Below are positions 50,201 to 59,319 of a DNA stretch of 64,000 nucleotides, piece by piece (within the stretch, counting starts at the first letter, position 1; every line of letters starts with the position of its first letter). Location of the stretch: assembly GCA_964036045.1 (NCBI GenBank), contig OZ038378.1, positions 168,640,001 to 168,704,000 of the forward strand. The letters run 5' to 3'. The position numbers and the translations under genes are program-made. This DNA comes from Eutreptiella sp. 'Long Island Sound 2002' (lineage: Eukaryota > Protista > Euglenida). The notes under the pieces were generated by a model. It was not told where the DNA came from. It searched no databases and worked only from the letters and a program-made list of their open reading frames with translations.

Positions 50201-53200
50201 GCTTGTCCCTCAAGAAACGCCCCGGGCCTCATAGTGATCCACAGCGTCCCTGATCCGCACCGAACCGCCGTAGCATCCGAGCAACGCGCACGCGAGGCCG
50301 TGTGACGGTAAAAGGCGACACTTGCTACTGTAATCAGCGTGTGTCTGAGGCGACCAAACCTGTACGTCTGCTTTGTCTGCCTTCGCAAAACGCGCTCTGT
50401 GGCATAGGCTTCACGTCTGCGATCTGCGGATGGACGCGGAGGTGGGGCACATCAACGTGTATCAAGGCGCAATGCTGACCCTCCGCATTGCAGACGCCAT
50501 GAAGATCTACACCGGAGGGGGTGATGATGACCCGCGACTGGTCTGTGCCGTGCCTACCCCGTTGCCAGAGCTTCCCCCCCTGATCTCCCTCCCTTTCTCT
50601 TGTCATGCCATCCTGCTGAGCAATGCCGCTTTGACGTTCGACCAGAATTTGTTTGCGCGGTGTGCTCACGGTGCGATGCGCAGTGCGCGTGCAGTACTGT
50701 GGAGGTGGCGCTTGGCATGCAAACACTCGAACCAATGAGGACAACCCACGGCTGCTGTTGCCGGCCCAGTTGCTGGACCCATCTTGGGGAGGTCGGTGCA
50801 ACATGCTTTCCTTTTGGGGCTCTCTCTGACTCTCTGCCTTGCCTTGGTTCGCCACACAACACATGGAAGAAAAGCAGACGCAGTGTAGTGCTCAGGGTGC
50901 GCTGGCATCCTCATGGGAAACAAAATTCATGGTGTGTGCTCTTTACAAGGATTTGGAACTCATACAGAAGGGCATCTGGGGTGCGAGGCAGTCTGGCGTG
51001 AGAAAGCGCGCTGCAGCGTAGAGGATGGGCATTGTAATGTGAGGAATGACTATTGGGGCGTTTTAATGGGAGGGAGAAACGTTTTGGCGTGAGATAACGG
51101 CATTGGGGTTTTCAGGAAGGGCCTCGCAGTGTGAGTGTAGGGCACTGGGGTGTGAGGGAAGGATATTAGCGTGTGAAGGAGGAGCATTGGGGGGTGAGGG
51201 AGGAGCGTTGGAGGCTAAGAGAGGAGCATCAGGGTGTAAGGTAGGAGCATTGGGGTGGGAGGGAGCATTGGGTGTGAATGAGGAGCATTGGAGTCAGGGT
51301 GTGAGGGAGTAGCTTTGGGGTGTGAGGGAAGAGCATCAATGTGAGGGAACAGCATTAAGGAGTGGGGGAGGAGCATTGGGATTCAGTTGGGGACGAGCGT
51401 TGGGGTGTGGTGAAGGATCACTGGGGTATGATGGGGGAGCATTGGGGTGTGGAGGGGGGGGCATTGGGGTGTGGAAGGGGGGGCATTGGGGTGTAAGGGG
51501 GAGGCATTGGGGTGTGAGGGGGGGGAATTGGGGTGTGAGGGGGAGCATTGGGGTGTGAGGGGGGGGGGGCATTAGGGTTTGAGGGGGGGGGCATTGGGAT
51601 TTGATTTGATTTGATTTGAGGGCCGATCTTGAGGCTCACAGGCAGCCTGGGGGCGCTCGATGGCTGTCCCGACGACTCTGCATATCGGTGGGCCATGCAT
51701 GCAGTGCACTCCCCGTCCGTGTCCGCGGGCCGGGGGGGGGGGGGGGACGCCTATTGCCGCGCCTTGGGATGCTTGAGGAGGGGAGGGGGGAGGGCGGTGC
51801 GCGCACTTGGCCGGGGGGGGGGGGGGGCTCCCGGGTAGGGGGGCAAGGGGGGGGAGGGAGGGGCGTCGGGGCTCCGGCGGAAGCTCACCCGGGGGCCTTG
51901 GGTCAGGGCACGTGAAAGACGACTTGCACCCTGCAACGTTGTCGCCATGCCCGCATGAGCTCGCGGGCGGCGAACCACGCACGCGCGGTGGCGTCCTCTC
52001 CCGCCCGGGGGTACTGGTGCTGCGGGGGCAGCGGGGGCACCCCCGGGGCAGGCAATACCACATACCACTCGGCATATACCGTGGGGATCGAGGCCTGCAC
52101 CGCGCCGGCTACCGCATACTGGTTGGGGGGCATGGCGAGGGACCGGTTGCCCCGGGAGAGGCACACGAAGGTGCCGTCGTGGGCCCCCGGACCCCTCCGC
52201 CACATCGTCCCGGCCCTCGACCACGAGCCGGGCGCTGCAGGGCGCTGGTCCAAGCTTGCGGGGTGGGGGCCCCGCCGCGGCGGATGGGGGACCCAGGTCC
52301 CAGAGGGGGGCCAGCAGAGGGGCCACCTTGTCAGGCCGCGTGCCCTCGCTCCGATGGAGGCGGGGGGACCGCCAAAGCGGGGCTCCCGCGCCGTACCTCC
52401 AGCCGAGGGCCTCATGGAGCGCGGGCCCGGACACTGCTAGGCGCTGGGGGACCCGCTGTAGCGCCGACAGCACCCACCGGCGGTCCGCCCCCGTAGCCGT
52501 CCAGTGGAGGAAGCACCCCATGAGGATGTCCTCCAAGCAGAGGTGGCTGGGGAGCAGCCCCCCGAGGATGTGCAGCGCATAGACAACGCTCGCTAGGGAC
52601 TGCTCGGAGCGTAGGAGGCGGGTGGGCAGCGCTTGGCTCACATGGCTGAGCCACAGGCGGAGGGTGGGCGCCGGATTGCACCGCGTCATCCAGCGGCGCG
52701 TCTGCTGTTCCCACGCGTGCAGGCGGCTGTGGGGTAGCGGGCCACGCCGGCCCCGCCTGAATGGGGACGGTGGCGGGAGGGCGCGGTAGGGGGGATATTG
52801 CACTTCACGCCGTGGCATTGAAGGAGCTGTACCTATGGTGCGGGGGGGCATTGGGGTGTGAGGGGAAGGGGCATTGGGGTATGACAAGGGAGCATTGGGG
52901 TGTGATGGGGGGGCATTGGGGTGTGAGGGGGAGCACTGGGGTGTGAGGGGGGAGCATTGGGGTGTGGGGGGGAGCATTTTGGTGTGATGGGGGAGCATTG
53001 GGGTGTGAGGGGGAGCACTGGGGTGTGAGGGGGGAGTATTGGGTTGTGAGGGGGGAGCATTGGGGTGTGACAGGGGGGTATTGGGGTGTGAGGAGGGAGC
53101 ATTGGCGTGTGAGGGGCGGAGCATTGGGGTCGGTTGGTCAGTCTGCCGGTCACTTATGCCACCCCCCCCCCCCCCTCACACCACAATGCTCCTCCACATC

Positions 53201-56200
53201 CCAATGCTCCTCTTTTCCACCCCCTACCCTCACACCCCAATGCTCCTCCCCCACACCAATGCTCCTGCCGCACACCACAATGCTCCTGCACCACAATGCC
53301 CTTTCCTCACACACTCATGCTGCTCCGTTTCCACCCAATGCCCTTCCCTAACAGCCAACCCCAGTGCTACTCCCTCACACCGTAAGGATTCATCTGGGAT
53401 CTCATGATGAGTTATGATGGAGGAATTGACTGGGACTCTTTTTGGGTTGTCATCAGGACTCGTGTCGATATATGGGATCCTAATGGAGAGACACATGTGG
53501 AGTTCCTGGCGCATCGTGTGGGGAAGTGGAGGGGAATCATGGGGATTTGGTGGAGAATGTTGTGGTTGTTTTATGGCGAGTCACATGGGATTCTTATGGC
53601 AAATTGTGTGGAGATTCTTATCAAAAATTGTGTGGGGCATCATTGGGAAATTGGGGAGTCCATAGATGAGTTGAATGTGGAGTGATGCGGCTGTTTTATT
53701 GATGCAACATGGGGATGCAGGTGGAGATTTTATCGGGAATCTTGTGGGGCTTCTATGGGAAATGATGTGTGTTCTTTGGGGAATCCTGATGGATTTTGCA
53801 GGGGGCATCATGTGGGGATTTTATGAGGAGTGGGAGTTAAGTGGGATTTTCTTGGTTATCATGTCGCAGGTTTTTTGTGGAAGTTGTGTGGGGTTTGTAT
53901 GGGGACTCGTGATTTTACGGGGATTTTACTGGGGATCTAATACAGAAGTGCGTGGCGTTGTGGAATAAGCATTGGGATTTGAGGGGGTTTACATTTTCCA
54001 TCAAACAAGTCCGATTGCTGAGCATCAATAGCTTTCTGATCGTTCGCCGGTCATGTCCGTAGAAACGGCCAACCTGGCAACCCAACGCGTCAGACCGATG
54101 AGCAAGACGAACCCTCCCCAAGGTGCTGCATGCCAACCCTTCCACAGGTGCTGCATGACCTGCGACGGCTCACTCCAGTCGCCCGCCGGAACACAAAGTG
54201 TGAGTCTCCGCATGTTTCGGGGATCTTTCGCATAATTCAAGCCAAGGGCTCGGCTACAGACCATTTGATCACGGCGGCCCATGACAACACCGTAAAATTG
54301 TGGCAATATCCGCAGGTCTCATTCTACCCCACCCATATCCGCCCCCCCGTACCTCTACGACTGAGGCGGATTTTCATTTCCAGCGCCGTTGGCTGGCATT
54401 CTCGGCTTACATCTTATCTTCATTTAATGCACTCTCCACTGCAATGCCTGTTTTCTCCTTCTTTCTTGTCATCTTGTTGCCCTCTGTAAAGAGGAACAGA
54501 GGCATCATGTGGCTGTTCCCATCCCTTAACACTACCCAACACACCATGCACTGAGCGCTCTCCATGTGCACAAGGGGTTGCATGCCCAAACAAATCATAC
54601 TGTGTTTTCGGGGAAGGTTTGCAACCTGTTTTTGGTCCGAGGCTCGGGTCCACCAAGTGATTCTTTCACCACTCCTAGTCCTTGTAGGTGGGTTGGGATA
54701 GAGTGCACCCACTGTTTGCACTTGCATTGCTTCATCTTGGAAAGCTACCATTCCCCAGGCGAGCTAAGACCCTATTTATTTGAGGGCACCCAATACATCC
54801 CACACTGTGTCTATTCTTATTCTCGCGTACCGTGCACAGCAATGCAACAACAAAAAGGGGGGGGGGCGCATCACAACACATGGCACTACAGAGTACAGGG
54901 CTGAATCAAGGATCATAGCTTTACACAAACACTGAGGCAATACACTGAGCCCAACCCAAGCTCGGTAACCATTTGGCAAACTGTGCCAAGCTAGCAACCG
55001 CCCAATAGCGGAACACTTGACTGCTAGTAACCTTGGCCTCCATGACCAGTAGGAAGGTTTCATGTTTTGGGACAAGCTGATTGTGTCCAGCTTTCTCCTT
55101 GGGGCCCTACACACTCTAGTAGTAAAGTAGCAAATTAGCAAAGTACATGGTTTTTGTGGCCTAGCCTTTTATTGCTTGGTGGTGCTAACCAATGCTTGGC
55201 TAACCCTGGTGGTAGGGGCACGATGCAATGCCTTTTCGACATGAGTTTGTCATTATTTCATATATCATGAGAGAAAGACCCAAAATATCAACCAAAGTCT
55301 CCACACAGGCCCACTCCGCACTTCTCAACCCCTCAACATGTCGGGTGGATGGACGCTTTGGGATTTCGCATACAGCGTAGATATCCGGGTGATCAAAGCA
55401 ACCACATGTACTCTTTCATGGCCAATCCCATGCTGAGCTAAGGGATGTCAACAGTGTGTTGACCCTTCCACATTGTGATGTGGCGGGGGGATTGGATAGA
55501 CATGGACAGACGGCACATTGCGCATGCGGAGTGCACACAATGCTTTTCTAGCAACAATTTTACGTGGTGCTAGTTTATCAACGTCTCAATAAATCCAAAC
55601 ATCGCAAACACGGGTATTTCTTGTTTTTGATGCGCACGCAACACAACCACATAGTGCCGTGAGACACACCCACACACACTTACACACTTACACACCGACA
55701 CACAATCATAGCACTGATAAGGGCTCACACATAGTCATACATGTTGTGTGATTCAAGGGCTATGGGGAAAGGAGTCGCATTGGCGCTCTGCTACTTATGA
55801 CCGAGGGGATGGTGTCCCTCCTCGTTGTCCCTCCTCCGTAACCACAGCAGAAGAGTGGGATTCCGTACCACGCTTTGCACGTTGAGCCGGGGCCATAGTC
55901 CCCATTTTGTAGAGAGCAATGGTGTCAACAGATCAACATGCACGGAAGTTTTTTGTTCCGGTGTATATTTCCTGGACAGTGTACACTAATGCTAATTACC
56001 CTGACTCTATGGTGCGTAGTACGCGCTCCCTGTGTCTCTTTGGATCCTTGCCTTTGCACAGTCCTCATCCATTCTCTTTATTTTATGTTGGGCTGGGACG
56101 ACATTGGGACGGTCTTTGCTTCATTCGATCTGCACGGCACGGCTGTTGTGGATTGCCATGTCTGTGGAGCGACCCTAGGGCGCAACAATTGCCAGTCTAG

Positions 56201-58129
56201 TCATCACCATCTCCTTGGTGACTGACGTGTGCCGCAAATCCCCTCGGCATGAAATATTTTGTACGTTGACAATACCTGAGAACTTTTTTGAGTGGTGGTT
56301 GAAAATCGCAAGGTGCAATTCTAAGCAAAGGCCCGAAAGTCGCATGGCCGAGAAAAAAATTAGGCTTTTGGTTTGGCACCCTACTTGGAACTCTGCCGCT
56401 TGGAAAAAGTGCTTGTAAATTTTGATGGGCGGGGCTGCTTGGGAAATGTGCTTGCGAGATTGCATGCGAGGTTGCTGGGTGGGCTGGGCTAGGATTGGTG
56501 CTTGAAAAAGCTGCTTGGAAAAGGGGCCAGGTGGGGAGCTTGGGAAAAGTGCTTCGAAATTTTTGATGGGTGGGGGTGCTTGGGAAATGTGCTTGCAAGG
56601 TTGCATGCGAGGTTGCCGGGCGCGCTAGGCTGGGATTGGTGCTTGGAAAAGGGGCTGGGGGGGGGTCTTGGAAAAGGTGCTTGGAAATTTTGATGGGTGG
56701 GGGTGCTTGGGAAATGTGCTTGCGAGGTTGCAGGAGAGGTTGCTGGGCGGGCTGGTCACCACAAGTGGTGCTTGGGGGCCCTTGTTTTGGTGTGATGCTC
56801 AGCCCTGCCATCTGTTTTTGTCCGTCCCTCCAACGGCCCTCCGGTTGATGCACGGAAAAAGTGCTTGGAAATTCTGCTTCCTTTGTTTCAATACCAAACC
56901 AGTTGTTATGTCTCATTAGAAGTTTGTTCGGGTTATTCCTACCAAGAAGTGCTCGGGAAAGTAGTTCCAACAATACCACGACACACCATCACGTGGAAGT
57001 GATTTTGGTCTCCATGGGCTACTAAAAGAAAAACTCGGTTGTGAATACGAGAGAAGAGATGTAGCAATACCCCTGACCAAAGGGACATTTTATGGGAACC
57101 ATATTTGTGGCATGTGATGGGAAACACAAGGGGTCTATAAACGTGGTGCCAACAGGCATTTTGGAAATGGCAAGGAAATGCATGGTCCCCTTGGGATGCA
57201 GATACACAAAAGTGTGTGGCTGTGGTCAAGATGGACATTCAAAGCAACAACAAACCTCGTACAGTGCCTTGCCCTGCCACCACCAAGCAACACATAAACG
57301 GGGGTTAGCCAGGCTTTGCCTCTCCCTTTCTCCGCCATTTCTCCGATCCATATTCTTCTTTACTGAGTCTGAAGCGATTGCTATCTGCCTGAACCTCAAT
57401 CCCAAGGGAGAGTCTTATGAGGTGGCCCTGAAGGCCGTCAAGTCAAGTCATTGCAGCCGTACGCTTTGTTCCCCTTGACCCCCCCCCCCCCCCCCCTCCC
57501 CCGCAGCCTGCAATCCCATCTTCCTCCAAGAGGCTGCGCATCTTTGGCACCCACTGAAGTGCACCATCTGCTCTGCCAATCTGAAGCCCAAGACAACTAT
57601 GGCAGCCAACAGAAAATCTCTTTGGTGTATTTTTCCAGGGCCCCACACAGTCAGACATTGCTCCTCAGCAGCTGGGGTGCTTAAACTTAATGATTCACCC
57701 CCCCCCCCCCCCCCCACACACACCCTTTTCAACGCTTTGTATTCGCCAGAAACTGCCTCCCAACCGCTCACTCAACCGCCGGTAAGCGCGTTTGCAACCA
57801 CCTCCTTTTGCCCCTGGTCATGGGACCGATTGATATCTTACGTGGGGCTTCAATCCGTTGTTTAATGGGACTCAGGCCTCGGGTCGCATTGATGTCGCAT
57901 CAGCCTTCAGCAAATGATTTCTCACGCTGGCGTTACCTGTACCGTCGCTCAGGCACATCACACGATCCGGTTCGAGGGTCGATCCGTTCCGCTGCGAGAC
58001 ATCAAGTGGGACGGCTTCAGCCTCGTGGCCCTCGCCGGCTCTGTCCTGCACATTCATGACTTCGCCCCCTCCAAGTCCACAGCCGCCGCGGGCAAGCGCA
58101 AGCAGCGGCCCCACTGGTTCGTCGTCTAA
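14855..58129 (+). CDS. Kelch(6)-F-box-WD40 protein, 12 exons: join(14855..15368,24161..24369,26771..27004,27803..28012,31256..31331,35072..35424,36675..37033,48349..48481,49641..49825,50408..50540,54148..54315,57953..58129), about 916 aa
   Basis: All 11 introns are GT..AG with matching phases and the total of 2751 nt is divisible by 3. Motifs read through the junctions (PALRT|GQSACLWEDGVYIFGG, IYIV|GGAIDD, VLVTSQ|GPDNSLCLF, QRW|PGHHG, DPRL|VLHD). The start codon and the 31331/35072 join are the least certain parts. Confidence 0.8.
16241..19256. mobile_element. Foldback-type element with about 490-bp inverted arms
   Basis: Arm 16241-16732 is the reverse complement of 18774-19256; the ORF track shows near-identical peptides on opposite strands. 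Termini read atattactacacccctct. Confidence 0.75.
17240..17858. mobile_element. Long-TIR MITE nested inside the foldback element
   Basis: About 230-bp inverted repeats (17240-17470 versus 17625-17858) around a short spacer, with TA-rich termini. Confidence 0.75.
19260..23700. repeat. Cluster of tandem and inverted fragments of the same repeat family
   Basis: Recurring tttttgacccatttttggtcccaaaacggcccattttcaa and gcacctcccgacttggcgccc blocks, as in 15900-19250. Confidence 0.75.
24161..24369 (+). CDS. Exon 2 (Kelch blades 2-3)
   Basis: GQSACLWEDGVYIFGG..VHRFD..W..GMWGHSASLVQDTMYIFGGNT; acceptor cctcAG; donor GTGTGT. Confidence 0.9.
26771..27004 (+). CDS. Exon 3 (Kelch blades 3-4)
   Basis: DLWALHLPTLTW..GRAGHTAAAAPPNTMYVVG..VYRFDLVTRRW. 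Confidence 0.9.
27071..27179. mobile_element. hAT-type MITE, internally deleted copy
   Basis: TIR CAGGGATGCATT..AATGCATCCCTG with an 8-bp TSD ccccaccc (27063-27070 and 27180-27187). Confidence 0.8.
27803..28012 (+). CDS. Exon 4 (Kelch blades 5-6)
   Basis: Acceptor ttgcttcAG; ..LHGHCTVLYNGVIYIV; donor GTGTGT. Confidence 0.85.
28272..28344 (+). tRNA. tRNA-Val(CAC), copy 1
   Basis: 73-nt cloverleaf: acceptor stem GTCATCA/TGATGAT, anticodon arm TTCGC-CT-CAC-AC-GCGAG, T arm GCTGG-TTCGACC-CCAGC, discriminator A, downstream TTTTT terminator. Confidence 0.92.
28409..28481 (+). tRNA. tRNA-Val(CAC), copy 2
   Basis: Identical to copy 1 except A at position 43, giving a perfect anticodon stem; followed by a TTTTT terminator. 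Confidence 0.93.
30160..30455. repeat. Dispersed repeat family copy (partial copy at about 48645-48775)
   Basis: Shared gtggacagcaaacacagtcaaacgacccc..caacaaccagcaca..tacgccaa..gggc.ccgctgacgc. Confidence 0.75.
31256..31331 (+). CDS. Exon 5 (end of Kelch blade 6)
   Basis: GGAIDDVRMSSCIYQLVLPEPEAAA completes the YIVGG motif; acceptor tacAG; donor GTGTGG. Confidence 0.75.
35072..35424 (+). CDS. Exon 6 (F-box and linker)
   Basis: LLRDVVLQYCGAADLCRVGQLSHSLRALAGQCVLWEGAY..WQKLYGARALVERHWARG, a Fbw7/beta-TrCP-like F-box plus linker; phase-1 acceptor gtccAG at 35071. Confidence 0.8.
35470..35790 (-). pseudogene. Possible decayed non-LTR reverse transcriptase N-terminal fragment
   Basis: KNGPDNSLLHVFK..LHK..FGPLNTNGRYKHV loosely resembles the LINE RT motifs KAPGPDG..K and YRPISLLN.DYK. 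Confidence 0.3.
36173..36290. repeat. (GGGCAGT)n / (ACTGCAC)n minisatellite
   Basis: Direct tandem heptamers with reverse-complement units nearby. Confidence 0.8.
36675..37033 (+). CDS. Exon 7 (WD40)
   Basis: GPDNSLCLFN..LTCLDVDEGSGLLATGCKDRTVMLWSCLTGELLQR; donor GTATGC at 37034. Confidence 0.85.
37662..37685 (+). other. Euglenid spliced-leader (SL) exon relic
   Basis: TCTGAGTGTCTATTTTTTTTTTCG matches the euglenid SL (ACTTTCTGAGTGTCTATTTTTTTTCG as recalled for Euglena gracilis), lacking the first few nt and with a longer T run. Confidence 0.85.
37662..37928 (+). pseudogene. Processed retrocopy of an SL-capped mRNA 5' end (SL + 30-nt UTR + about 71 codons)
   Basis: SL joined directly to ggtcagcctttcaatttttcccttgtcaaa-ATG(37716), followed by MSKNDMVQLADGTQIPL...QFREVMALAET with strongly biased codons. 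The frame stays open to TGA at 38037-38039, but the tail does not look coding. Confidence 0.75.
38301..38328. repeat. (GT)n microsatellite; also at 37638-37661, and (CA)n at 17191-17222
   Basis: Directly visible. Confidence 0.95.
39100..42600 (+). mobile_element. Ty3/gypsy chromovirus-type pol (RT-RNaseH-integrase-chromodomain), slightly decayed
   Basis: RT (LRLVVDY, MPFGVANAP, HIDDV), RNase H (ITDASD, YSTYDHELLA), integrase (H..GH, LYVDFI, HSDED, ERQNRVVE), GPY motif and chromodomain (YYVVAGIARH..KFLTLWDGYGLSEATW). One frame with in-frame stops at 39325, 42259 and 42526, ending at TAA 42598-42600. Confidence 0.93.
39394..42261 (+). CDS. Open pol segment, 955 aa (RT-RH-IN)
   Basis: Longest ORF in the window; motifs as above. 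Confidence 0.88.
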   Translation: MNLDPRLKNLLLTYDEVFGALPPPLSCKKLVQMDLKLKPEFEKTRVRRRPYPAPQEQVEEIERQIQECIDAGLVEEYKKGDYPHHCSPCFLVAKPGSTALRLVVDYGEVNKKTQNHSGSIPNMENTLERIAKCRYKTKMDKRSGFWQVDLTAAAQELLAFITPKGRVFKWKVMPFGVANAPALFQELMNKILSILRRRPLVQELISRGAEMEAHIDDVSLGTNTQEDHVLLLREFFIVCQENHLRIKLEKCEFMKEEMEYLGFDVGYGWWKPAASKMQPPQDMQIRDDPKKGLHDVRSFVGACNFYRRHIHNFTYSSAPLTDLIKKTTPWRWTAREEECFQELKKKIASSNCLGVPRPKGEIVLITDASDVGGGGTIYQWQKLNPAELTHCHYRTTRLNRDGSLKHDYPSSEWRLVPLGHWNWKWNQARSNYSTYDHELLASMLVLSSQSLLLGSNPIVWLCDQEPVKSFQKGPPAEKAKLKRWWTYLSQFRLTVHHIPGIKNELSDYISRNNFDALIGESSEALAKEAFQRMDVQLDLSMRTAGIPEGWSLTDYRSEYKEIIQILSTGLEPRVIDGHQWYKNNQYLFYEDRIVVPEARLDGCLQWSHLSSGHSGANRSVHFFRECFYSGLTLIELRSRMQTIVDACGYHASKHSDSRDRGLISSLPIPYCTNSLLYVDFIHRLPRFGGYDSCLVVTCGLSRFTRVFPCNKKITGEQTVKMLVEQWFEPYRAPKQVHSDEDVRIRSDTGWYKRVLNALNVEVTTGVPYTHTSNPRCERQNRVVEQNLRILMKQERTKDSVRLVPWAVLTMNSQRSSSTGFTPHELFHGGRPAWFFKTPFPEDFKSPVCDWLEHKQSMPNQAGTNLRHIREREVSRRNRLRRPASFKVGDLILVHHSRLPSWPRNCLQDPYFGPYRIIRIDGSRIHVRCSPRLGGELLCAPKQLRHYHSPDDLSWD
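43479..43900. mobile_element. PIF/Harbinger-type (Tourist-like) MITE
   Basis: TIRs GGTTCGGAACC and GGTTCCAAACC, TTA on both flanks, and many subterminal aaccggtt / aatcgg motifs. Confidence 0.7.
45590..45658 (+). other. Degenerate tRNA-like (SINE-head-like) sequence
   Basis: A-box-like taccctagtgg and B-box gggttcaaacccc at tRNA spacing, but no intact cloverleaf. Confidence 0.4.
46224..46490 (-). CDS. Short AT-rich hypothetical ORF (88 aa)
   Basis: Open frame with plausible amino-acid composition inside an AT-rich island; no family recognised. Confidence 0.3.
   Translation of the reverse strand: MNSFEIQCITEGLQIDKAGLSKKIQSQLDETNDFYVKTGMTLASKLASSTSCALFWMKWSWLGIWDIRVKPDTEYDLAKQLNSETVKK
47491..47614 (-). 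mobile_element. Inverted fragment of the same gypsy RNase H region
   Basis: Near-identical reverse complement of about 40725-40848 (VLSSQS.LLG.NPIVWLCDQEPVKSFQKGPPAEKAKL.RWW). Confidence 0.9.
48349..48481 (+). CDS. Exon 8 (WD40)
   Basis: PGHHGTLTQVRLDTRAVVSAAYDNCVKIWP; phase 2 matches exon 7. Confidence 0.88.
49641..49825 (+). CDS. Exon 9 (WD40)
   Basis: DWLCTASDSTILLHDLRT..RISCVHRDGNLMAYGNNG. Confidence 0.85.
50408..50540 (+). CDS. Exon 10 (WD40)
   Basis: LHVCDLRM..KIYTGGGDDDPRL; acceptor catAG; donor GTCTGT. Confidence 0.82.
51130..53380. repeat. About 20-bp minisatellite (GGGGGAGCATTGGGGTGTGA)n, interrupted by a LINE, with an inverted block at 53170-53380
   Basis: Tandem units at 51130-51598 and 52842-53130; reverse-complement units ccccaatgctcc follow. 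Confidence 0.85.
51599..52841 (-). mobile_element. 5'-truncated non-LTR retrotransposon with RNase H-like C-terminus and (AAATC)n tail
   Basis: GC-rich frameshifted coding remnants (HDGT..YAEWY..GEDAT..VQVVFHVP, an RNase H D-E-D layout); (GATTT)n at 51599-51618; gggggggcattggg on both flanks. Confidence 0.6.
54148..54315 (+). CDS. Exon 11 (WD40)
   Basis: VLHDLRR..DHLITAAHDNTVKLWQYPQ. Confidence 0.85.
56418..56750. repeat. Tandem repeat, about 130-140-bp unit, roughly 2.5 copies
   Basis: tttgatggg..ggtgcttgggaaatgtgcttgc.aggttgca occurs three times. Confidence 0.85.
57953..58129 (+). CDS. Exon 12 (last WD40 blade and C-terminus)
   Basis: LRDIKWDGFSLVALAGSVLHIHDF..KRKQRPHWFVV*. Confidence 0.85.
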   Translation, partial: AHHTIRFEGRSVPLRDIKWDGFSLVALAGSVLHIHDFAPSKSTAAAGKRKQRPHWFVV

Positions 58130-59319
58130 AGTCCCTTTGTCCCACAACGGGCAGCAGCCCCTGATATGTCGTGAGACGCGAAGGTTTAGCCGAGCAAATT
58201 GCACAGCCACGGGGCATGGGCTGGTCCAGAAAAAGGGATCACGACATGCGGTTGGCGGTTGGCGATTAACAGCCGGCGGTTGACTGTTAACCGCCCGCGG
58301 TTGGCCCGCGGTTGGCGTTCGTTGGTCGTCACCCACCACGGACAGTTGGCGTACGAAACGTCATTGCACAAGACCTTTTCTTTTGTTTTGCACCAGGCGA
58401 AGTCTTGGCCCATGTTCTCTGTCTCCTCTGAACCACTAAACCCCTGTACCGGTGTGGAGAGCCTTTGCGGTACCAATCCCCAACAGGTCACTCCACAGTC
58501 CCCCCCCCCCCCCCCCACAGTGCTTTTCAAACGTTCCTAGATACAATGGCATTGAGAACACTGTCTGTCTCCGCTTTGGTGTATTGCAGTGTACATAGAT
58601 AGAGGCAGCCAATGTCGGACAGGCAGTGGAACGTTTGGGACGCCAGTCGTGCGGTCCGTGACTCCTGGCAGCGCCCATTTGACAATCACCACAGGACATC
58701 GATACGACCTCCCCAAAGCAACACCCTTTGGGCGGTTTCGGGTGGGACATATAACTGCAACAATGACCCATTGCCAAGCCCCAGGTGTGTGTGGGTGTGG
58801 GGAGGGGGGCCTCGAAGGGCAAACAGGCAGTTTGTACACCAAAGTTTCAAACCATCCAGAAATGCATCCACCTGAAGTTTGTTGTTGGTAAAGAGAAGAC
58901 AGCCTAATGCACAGAAATTGGTCATTCACCAAGAGCGGATGGCCAGCAACCCACTGATTGATGGATTGAGGTCCATGTTCCGCTGACCACCACAAGCAGC
59001 AGATGGCACGCCTTGTGACAATGGCTGCCTGGTGCCTGGTGCACAGGCGAGGTCTGTCTTGCTCCTGCACCCCGCTCCCATGGGTACATGGATACATGGG
59101 CCATGACATATGACCAATCCCCTTGGGACTGACACGGCCCCGCAATCTTTCTGTGATATGTACCAAAAACCCCCTGTTCTCCACCCCCCCCCCCCTTTCA
59201 GGTTTGGGTATGGGGCTTTGGTAAGAATTGGGGTATTTGGGGGGTTTTTTGGTTAAGGTTGGGTTTTTTTTGTAAGGCATGATTTTTTTTGGTATGTATT
59301 CAGGGGGCTTTTGGTGCAG

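Noticed and set aside
51751-53124. 457-aa ORF as an intact protein
   Set aside because: The N-terminal third is translated minisatellite and the rest is a frameshifted LINE remnant.
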